A stretch of 64,000 bases of DNA from Heteronotia binoei (Eukaryota): assembly GCF_032191835.1 (NCBI RefSeq), contig NC_083236.1, forward strand, positions 11,098,001 through 11,162,000, in the 5' to 3' direction. The position numbers were made by a program, and so were the translations under genes. A model generated the notes under the pieces. The model searched no databases. It saw only the letters and a program-made list of their open reading frames with translations, and was not told the DNA's origin. Shown in pieces: positions 56,072 to 64,000 of this stretch (position 1 is its first letter; each line of letters opens with the position of its first letter).

Positions 56072-59000
56072 GTGCAGAGAGGCAGTGAAGATCCTACTGT
56101 TGGTGGAAAGGAACTCTTCTATTCAGGCAGAACACATCAAAGGGCAGAACAATGTCCAAGCAGATTGACTGAGCAGGGAGGCCATCTGCAAGGGGGAATG
56201 GTCCCTTAATCCAGACCTGTTCAACCTTTTATGTCAATGCCTGGGTCTTCCAGGACCCCCCTGGTACTCAGTGAATAGACTTACAATTAGTGTAAAGTTC
56301 CATTTATTATAGAATCCAGGTAAGTTCACTTAGACAGGCATTCTGAGTTAGATCTGGGGGTAAGTAGCAAGGCCGAGGGTGATATAGGGTTTGGGGAAAG
56401 CAAAGACCACCCCCCCTTTCCCAGGTGCAGGTATTTTCCCAGCAATCTCTGTCTGGTGTTTTCCAACCCAGGGCTGCAGTTTGGATACATTCTGTTACTA
56501 AAAGCGTGCTAGACATAATACACAGCTGTGCACTGCAACAGGGCAATAGGAATGAGGGGAGAAACAAAGCGGATGTGATAACGGGGTACAGTATTCCAAA
56601 ATAGTTTGTAAGGCACTTTCAAAGCATTTAACTTATTCATGGCAAAGTATTTGACAGGGGCATCCTCAGGTGGATCTTTTTGCATACCCATCAGATCAAT
56701 AGCTACCACAGTCCACCACCAGGTGTTTAGCCAGAAAGCAAAGAAGACAGATACTCTGACAACCCCATGGCTTTGGGGCCTCCTCTGTGTATCTCTGCCA
56801 ATTTCCCTCCTGCCCAAGATCATCTGGAAGGTGATCTATGCACAGAAGTCATTCTAGTAGCTCCTTTTTGCCATGCCAACCCTAGTTCTCAATGCTGAAA
56901 GAACTCTCCAGTCCCACTACCAATCTCCCCAGACATGGGTCCAGTTTGTTGTCCAACAGATATGGGTCCAGTCTAGCACCCCAATCCAGAGTGGTTTTGA
57001 CTGCCCAGAGGTTGAGCAGGGGATTCTCCTACTACGATGCCCTTCAGATGTGACTGACATGATTTTAGCATCTAGAAGATGGTCTACTATCTGCAGCTAT
57101 AACACTACCTGGAAAGTCTGTGTAAGGTGAGCAGACAAAAAAGGTGGATTCCCTCTCTCCTTCAGTTGTTTCAGTGCTTTCATTTCTGCAAGACAGACAG
57201 CTACAGTCTTCATGGTACTCCCACTCACTGGGGGATGCAAGTTGTCCAAACATCTTAACATTCAGTTATTTCTACAAGGGGGAACAATGAAAGCTCCTCC
57301 TCAGGTACATAGTTTTCCCAAGTGAAGACTTTATGCAGGTATGTCTGCTCTTACCAAACCACCATTTGGACCTCTGAGAGAGGTGGGAGTGAAATGGCTC
57401 AGGATGAGCTACAACTTCACCACACAAAATTCCTGAGCTCGTGTCCATCAAATCCAGACTTTGTGTATTTCAAAAAGACAAAGTGGTCCTCAGGACGGAC
57501 CCTACCTTTCTTCCCAAAGTTGCTTCCAAGTTTCATTGCTTGCAAGAGTTTTACTTGACAGTCTTTTGCCCTCAGCCTAAGCATCCCATGGAATTCATCT
57601 GGCACAACTTAGATGTCAGATGTGCTCTGAAGATTTATGTCACCAGATCTGACACCATTTGGAGTACTAACCGCATGTTCATAATATTTCATCCTCCTGG
57701 TGGGAGGGGGAACAGAATGTCTAAGAACTCCATCAGCTCGGTTCTTAAAGCATGCATTGTGGTGGAGGTTTATAAGGCTTCAGGTTTACAAGTTCCTAAG
57801 GGCATCACTGCACACTCTCTCTGCAGTGCTTCTACCAACATGGTCTTTCTTAACCAAGCATCGGTGGAGGAGGTTTGCAGAGCAGCCACATAGTCTTCCA
57901 TCTCCATCATCATTCAACACTACAAACTTCACACAATAGCATCAGTAGATGCCGCCTTTGGAAGAGGAGTTTTGCAACACATCCTAACTTCTGATTATGA
58001 TGATAACCTACCCATCTAAGGGACACTGCACTGGAAGGTCCTACAGAGATGCCCTCCGCTTCAGAAGGAGAAAAGTCCATTGATACTCACTGTAAAGGGT
58101 CTTTCTCCTCTGAGGGCCAGGAGGACATCTTGCCATACCCTCCATCATCATCCTTTATTTCTGGTGTTGCTCTTCTTCCATATCTGCTCTGTACCTCTGC
58201 ATTTTGGTATACTGTTCTTCTGTTAGTACAGTTACATGTTCTGTCAAATTAGTAAGTTATTTTTCTCAAGTTTAACCTTAGTTAAAATTAGAATTAGTTT
58301 GAGTTTACAGCTTTTGGAGTCCGAAAACTGAAAGGGGTGGGTTATTCTGAAGTTGCCAAAAGGAAGAAGAAAAATGTATTTCTTGCCTCCCTACAGGAAT
58401 GATGGGAATAACCCAAAGAGGTGTCCTCCTGACCTCAGAGGAAACGACCCTTCACGGTAAGTGCCAGTGGGCCGTTTTGCCTGCTGAGTTTCCCAGCACA
58501 CTGGGGTGATCAAACTGTCTGGTTGTATTGCTTGGCCCAAATTGCACTGTGTGTTCATGCTTATTCTTTCAGCAGTCAAAAGATGGCATTTTCTGGATTC
58601 TTGTAGGTCCTGATGAGTGGCGTGAATCCTAGAGGCCATGTCTTCACAGTCATGAGATTAGTACTAGTGCAAGCAGGGATTCAGAGGGTTGTTAGTTTCC
58701 CTGTATTATCAGGTCCCTCTTAAAGTTAAATTTTGGTTTCTTTACTCTTTGAATTTTTCTGATAGATTTTCTCCTGCATCTTCTTGTTCCTGTTATCAGT
58801 GCTGTCTGTGCTGCCATATTTTCTCTTCTTGTGGCTTAAATCGTGTTATTCATAATTGTGGTACTTGTGCAGTCCCACATGGATACTTCACACATGTGGA
58901 GAGGTTTTTGATTTTTTTAAAACAAAAATGGCTGAGAGTGCACTGCCTACCTCCCCCACACTGTTTCTCACCTTTTCCAGCATGAAAAAGAAGGGGCAGA

Positions 59001-59826
59001 GTGCACTTCACTCCGTTCTCTTTCTGCAGCTGCTGAGAGAAATTTATCAATAGAACTTCCATCTCCAACCAGCACAAACTCAGTCTTCTATCTCTAGATA
59101 GCTAGTACCTGGAAAATAACACAAAAAGGACTCTTCAAAAAATGCAGATCCTATGGGTCAAAATCCCCCACACAAACAACCACTAGAAGTGCCTTGTATG
59201 CCTCAACAAAGAGCGCAACATCTCACACTGCTCAATTTGTTGCCAGTTTCCTCCCAAGTTAATGCATGATAGAACTTCCCATCTGAAAGTGGTGCTCTGG
59301 GAAGAGGCTTTATGTGGTGCCACTCAGGAGAAAGATCTGAGCTCAGTGCCATCCTCAGATCATGGACAGATCCAAGCATCTTCAATTTCAGTGGTCCTCA
59401 GATCAAATCTGACCAACTTGGGTCCAACAAAAATACAAGAAAAGCTGCGGACTCTGCCCCTGTATTCCCAAGGTGTCGCTCCTTGGAACCACTGCCTGAA
59501 AAGCCTCAGCATAAGAACCTGGAGAAGCCTCCCAAGGCAAAGTTGTTACCCACCCCTACTTAAAACCTGTCTTCTCAAAAACCATATTTGGAACCAATCA
59601 AGAAGCCAGTCTCTGTTCTGAGAATACCATCTCCATCAGGTCACTCACCATGCTCATCCCTCTCCATCTCAGGTGAAGTATAAGACTTGGAACCCCTAAT
59701 CCCCTGACATCAACTGACCCCCCCCTCCCCAATGCTTGGATCCACCACCTCAGATGGATCCAACAGATTTATATTTGATATGATCATGTGGACAGCTCCA
59801 GTGTGACTATTAAGACTAGCGCTGGG

Positions 59827-60177
59827 GGGGCGGAGCGTCGCTGGTGCATGGCGGACGTGTTTTGAAAGAGCTCCTGAGCAGCCCCCTATACATCCTATTA
59901 ATATAGTCATTAGACTCAACGTTTGCAAGTAAATTTCAATGGGACAACAAACCAAGAATAAAAAAAGATCGATCTCGAAGGAGAAGAAATCAGTTGCTGA
60001 GTTCTTTAAATCGGACAGAGCCGAGAAGGTTAGTCGCCCTGCTACTAGATCTGTCCCAGTCATGGCCGCCACTAACTCTCCCTCCCCTGATCTTGTGCTT
60101 GAAGATGAAGAAGCTCCCTTGTGTAAAAGAGATTTAGAGGGATTGAAAGCTGATATTCATCGTTTTTTTACTGAATC
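59827..60177 (+). mobile_element. L1-like 5' end (5'UTR and ORF1 start) flanked by a 15-bp direct repeat
   Basis: ggggcggagc...atggcggacg start; MGQQTKNKKR...DLEGLKADI ORF; aagactagcgctggg at 59812-59826 and 60178-60192. Confidence 0.65.
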
Positions 60178-61789
60178 AAGACTAGCGCTGGGATTCACAT
60201 GTTCCCCTCAGTTCCAACCAGGGAGAGGCAAGCCACTCTGGATGACCCAGATCTTCAGCTGGATCCACAGAATCTCTTGGTATGCTCACCTTGGACTACA
60301 ATCAAGCTACTCATAGGACAGAGTCCAACTATGCTTCTGAACCCTCCTGTACAGTCTATATATTCCGCATGCTGGGATATCTGTGTATGTAACAAAACTC
60401 ATCTGAATGGCTTGATCCCTCAAGTTAATGTATCCTGTGCACCTCTGAGGGCCACAGATCTGATATTTAGAGTTATGAGTCTGGGGAATACAGGACCTGT
60501 CACCTTTCCTTTAATGAATGACACTGGAAGCCACAGCTTGGAGCTGTTTATGCTCAGCATCAGTGCTGCATTCCACTAGGCATATTGAGAATCAATATCG
60601 AACCAAACAGGAAGGATGCCTGTTCCTTTTCCAACATCCCACAGTTAATTCCTTGGCCATAGATCATATTCAAGGGAAGAATAAGGGCACTCAACACTCA
60701 GCGCCTATCTGTTAGATGGGGCAGGCAGAAAAATATACATACCTTCTGCCCTTGACTTCAGAATCATCAATTATCAATGCATCATGGCCCACTATGGGTG
60801 ACTTACAACAATGCCATCATCCAGGCCATTCACATAGTCAGAGCCAACAACAGTTTAGCAGACTTCCTCAGCTTCACCCCTCAGCGCCATATAAATGGCA
60901 AATCAACTGGGTTTTTCTTTCCACAATATTCCAGTATTGGGGAGTGCTAACACAGACTTTCTTGCTACCAGGCAAAACAAAAAATGCAAGTACTTTTGTT
61001 TCCAAGGGACCTGGGATCTGAACTCCCTGGTAGGCACTTTCCAGATCCAGTGAATGGGAGGCCTGCTATATGCATTCCATCCCTATCACTAATTCCAAAG
61101 TTTCGCTACAAAATGAGTCAGGAATGCATGTCGACCATTTTAATAGCCCCCTTTTGACCTTCTTCTACAGTGGCCACTTTTTGCACTCAAAGATTGGAAA
61201 CCTGCATTTAGCAGCATGGGTCATTCCCAGACCACTGCTAATTCTCTGAACTCATAAAAGAGGTTCTGCTTAGTGCTAGAAAACGGGCCATATGGTTCTT
61301 TTATTCCACCAGATGGAAGCTTTTCTGTAGGTGGGTTAAAGACCTGTCATGTGTCCCATTGAAAGAATCTTCAAATATCTCCTAAGTAAGGTCCAGGGAA
61401 GGAATCTAGCCACCATAACATACTTTCACATACATACTGAGGAGAGATTCTTGTTTGCCCTGAGAGAATCCAAACTATCCCCAAAAGGGTTATTAAATCA
61501 GTTTCCCCTGGTCCAACCTCCAGCCCCACAGTACTTGTGCTTCATGGGCAAACCATTCATACTCATGACCACCTGCTCCCTCCATCTCTTCATCTTGAAG
61601 ACATTGTTCCTGATTGCCCTCACATCAGCCAGAAGGGTCAGTGAACCCCAGCTGCTGCAACACAAACCCCTATTTCTGAAAGTATTCCAATTCCAACCTT
61701 TATTGGCATAATAGAAAGTATTCAGACGAGAGTAGTCCTTCTCACTTCATTCCAGTTTCTTCCTAAGGTAACATCTAAATTCCATTTAA

Positions 61790-62500
61790 ACTTTCTCTTT
61801 ACTATCCCTTTAATCTGATTAAAGCTCTTGACGAGAAGTCTTCAGCAGTCAAAAACCAATCTGTTAAGTAGCATCATCTGGACAAAACACTAAACCTTGC
61901 AAGAAAAATTTTGCAAGAGTAAGGTTTGGAAATCTGTCAGATAAAAGGTGTAGTAAACTAGCTTGTGAGGAGACAAAGATGAAAAATTATCTAGGTACTG
62001 TGTTAAAAACCTGTTTCTAAGTCTAATATAAAGAGGATACTCCAACAAAATATGTATTAAAAACCCAATTTTCTCCTGAGAAAAATCACAAATGTTGTCT
62101 GAATAAGGAATCTTTCTTAATCTTCCCTTCATAACAGGAGTGTGCTGCGCATTCAGTTGAACTAATAAGAAAGCTCTGAAGTAATTTGGGATAGTTAAAT
62201 AAAAAAGCATAGGAAGGCAGCAATTTTGGTGGAGGAATGCCAGAAAAATCCTGTGGGCATGAGGCTGTGTGCTCAAGTAATCCCTTTCTTGGATATTCTT
62301 CTTAATGCAGGAAAAGTTATGGGTTCTGGCTCCTGAAAAGTGTCAGGATTTAGTCCAATAAGAGAGTTTTGTGTCAAGAATTTTGGACAAAGAGGATTTA
62401 TGAGAATCTGCTTTTTAAGAAGATAGGTATCCAGAATTACTGTAGAGCTCTTTAACATACGAATTGAAAGCTAGTTGCCATCTATACCAAGACATCCCCC
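61790..62500 (-). mobile_element. LINE 3' fragment with a degenerate C-terminal Cys/His motif (clade uncertain)
   Basis: RAFLLVQLNA...GRLRKIPYSDNIC...HILLEYPLY. Confidence 0.6.
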
Positions 62501-62504
62501 TACC

Positions 62505-62770
62505 ATAAGAACATAAGAGAAGCCATGTTGGATCAGGCCAATGGCCCATCCAGTCCAACACTCTGTATCACACAGTGGCCAAAAGTTTTTTTTTGTGTGT
62601 ATATATATATACATACACACATATATATACACACTGTGGCTAATAGCCACTGATGGACCTCTGCTCCATATTTTTATCCAACCCCCTCTTGAAGCTGGCT
62701 ATGCTTGCAGTCGCCACCACCTCCTGTGGCAGTGAATTCCACATGTTAATCACCCTTTGGGTGAAGAAGT
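62505..62770 (-). mobile_element. CR1 3' end (ttcttatg-tail subfamily)
   Basis: cataagaacataagagaagccatgttggatcagg; reverse complement of 3481-3697. Confidence 0.85.
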
Positions 62771-63651
62771 CCCCATCCACAGGATGACAAGGAATGAACT
62801 CTTCAGTCATTCAACATGGATAGAGTGCTTTTCTACCTTGAAAGAGTGAAACACTTTAGAAAAGCAACATTTTCATCTCCTTCCTAGACCCCAACTTGTG
62901 CAAGAAGTTGCCTGTGCAATTGGATGGTAACCTGCATGAACCTGTGTTATAAACCAGCACAAGTTGAGTGTCTCCTGAAGCTTTACACTCACTCCATTTG
63001 AGCACAGCCTGCCTCAGCTGCTTTTCTCTGTGATCTCTCCATTAACATCACCCGCAAGGCTGCAATGTGGTCTTCCTCCTGCACCTTCACATAGCATCAC
63101 TCAATGGACACAGATGCCATAAGAAATGTGGTAGTGGGAACAGTGGCCTGGCAATCCCTATTCAACTGAAAGCCTTCCTAAGGCTGGTAAGTCAGTTCAG
63201 TATTCTCCCATGTGGGACTGTAGAGGTATGATGGTGGTGAAAACAAAGTTATGCTTACCTGTAGCAGATGTTCAAATGGTCACTGTATAGTCACACATTC
63301 CTCACTCCAGCAGCACGAAGAAGAACTGAGGGAAGGGCACTCTCCTCCTCTTAATCAAGCTGCAGAAGGCAGGAAACAACACAGGGAAGGAGGATGGAAC
63401 ACTCCTGGGAATTTTTGTTGGGCTTCATTCAAAAACTTCTCCCCAGTAGGCCTATGCAATGAATAACAATTACAGGTAAGTGCAACCATCTTTTCCTTTG
63501 TTTTGTGAACTTCCATTCCTTTTCCATGTTCAGCTGAAAATCCTCTCCCATTTTTAATCACTTTGTTCATTTCCACTTCCTCTCGTCTTTTATCTCCTCT
63601 TCTGCTGCTCCTTCTTTTTTCCATTCTTCTGCTGTTTGTCTCCTTGCTCAG

Positions 63652-63669
63652 TCATGCCTCACCTCTGTG

Positions 63670-63715
<46 letters not shown>
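63652..63715. repeat. Compound (TC)n(AC)n microsatellite
   Basis: Direct inspection. Confidence 0.9.
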
Positions 63716-63764
63716 TTTCTCCTTTCTCTGTTATGAGTCCGTATCTTTGGAACTCTTGCTACTA

Positions 63765-64000
63765 AAGAAGAAGATAATATTGGATTTATACCCCACCCTT
63801 CACTACCCGAAGGAGTCTCAGAGCGGCTTACAATCTCCTTTCCCTTATCCTCCCCACAGCAGATACCCTGTGAGGTAGGTGGGGCTGAGAGAGCTCTGAC
63901 AGACATTGCTCTTGATCAGAACAGTTTCTGACAGAGTTATGACGGACCCAAGGTCATTCCAGCAGCTGCATGTGGAGGAGTGGAGAATCAAACCCGGTTG
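63765..64000 (-). mobile_element. Squam3-like SINE, cut by the window end
   Basis: Reverse complement of the SINE body with a (CTT) tail. Confidence 0.88.

Larger units (their letters stand above)
54050..58465 (+). pseudogene. Decayed DIRS copy C (different subfamily): RT, RNase H, MT, YR, ICR at about 58020-58140, right end at about 58410-58465; interrupted by a solo LTR, a SINE, the gap and an unclassified insert
   Basis: LKFLNKY, PFGLSTDPRVF, LELRAI, VDLFA, KVVLRTDPTFLPKVASKFH and GITAHSL motifs, all with disablements. Confidence 0.88.
58848..63490 (+). pseudogene. Decayed DIRS copy D (left end, gag, partial RH/MT, YR, ICR at about 63207-63298, right end); interrupted by L1, another LINE and CR1
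   Basis: Left end gtgcagtcccacatgg. Gag ttcaaaaaatgc (FKKC). YR ALTSARRVSE. ICR cccatgtgggactg...cttacctgtag. Confidence 0.82.

Noticed and set aside
55554-56168. ORFs of 204 and 95 aa
   Set aside because: They span the N gap and a SINE.
56232-56656. Possible LTR (tgtcaa...ttgaca) interrupting the MT region of copy C
   Set aside because: An insertion is present, but there is no TSD and the left word may belong to the DIRS; not classifiable.
1-64000. CRISPR array, prokaryotic operon or phage MTase/recombinase cassette
   Set aside because: No repeat-spacer arrays. The YR and MT domains are normal DIRS components, and the context is spliced vertebrate DNA.

Overview
Vertebrate genomic DNA, most likely from a gekkotan lizard given the Squam3-like, Sauria and 5S-derived SINEs. 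The window lies inside the 3' half of RALGAPA2 (+ strand). Seven coding exons (8026-48439) splice in frame, and the last one ends at a U12-type GTATCCTTT donor. Introns are packed with repeats: CR1, L2, RTE, an L1 5' fragment, SINEs, hAT MITEs with 8-bp TSDs, solo LTRs with 5-bp TSDs and Penelope terminal-repeat remnants. The main feature is an apparently intact, very young DIRS1-type tyrosine-recombinase retrotransposon (33680-40042) with ITRs, a perfect internal complementary region (ICR), gag, RT-RNaseH-MT and YR ORFs. Three decayed DIRS copies and a solo left end are also present, all in the host's sense orientation. Best candidate for an undescribed mechanism: gag ends at CTT-TGA-C, where a +1 shift lands at the start of the RT domain and readthrough of that single TGA gives a stop-free 1807-aa Gag-YR fusion. 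The element also carries splice signals and an ICR segment matching the U1 snRNA 5' end. There is a 261-N assembly gap at 55811-56071. Repeat-family names come from recognition, not database searches, and repeat boundaries are approximate unless a TSD is quoted.
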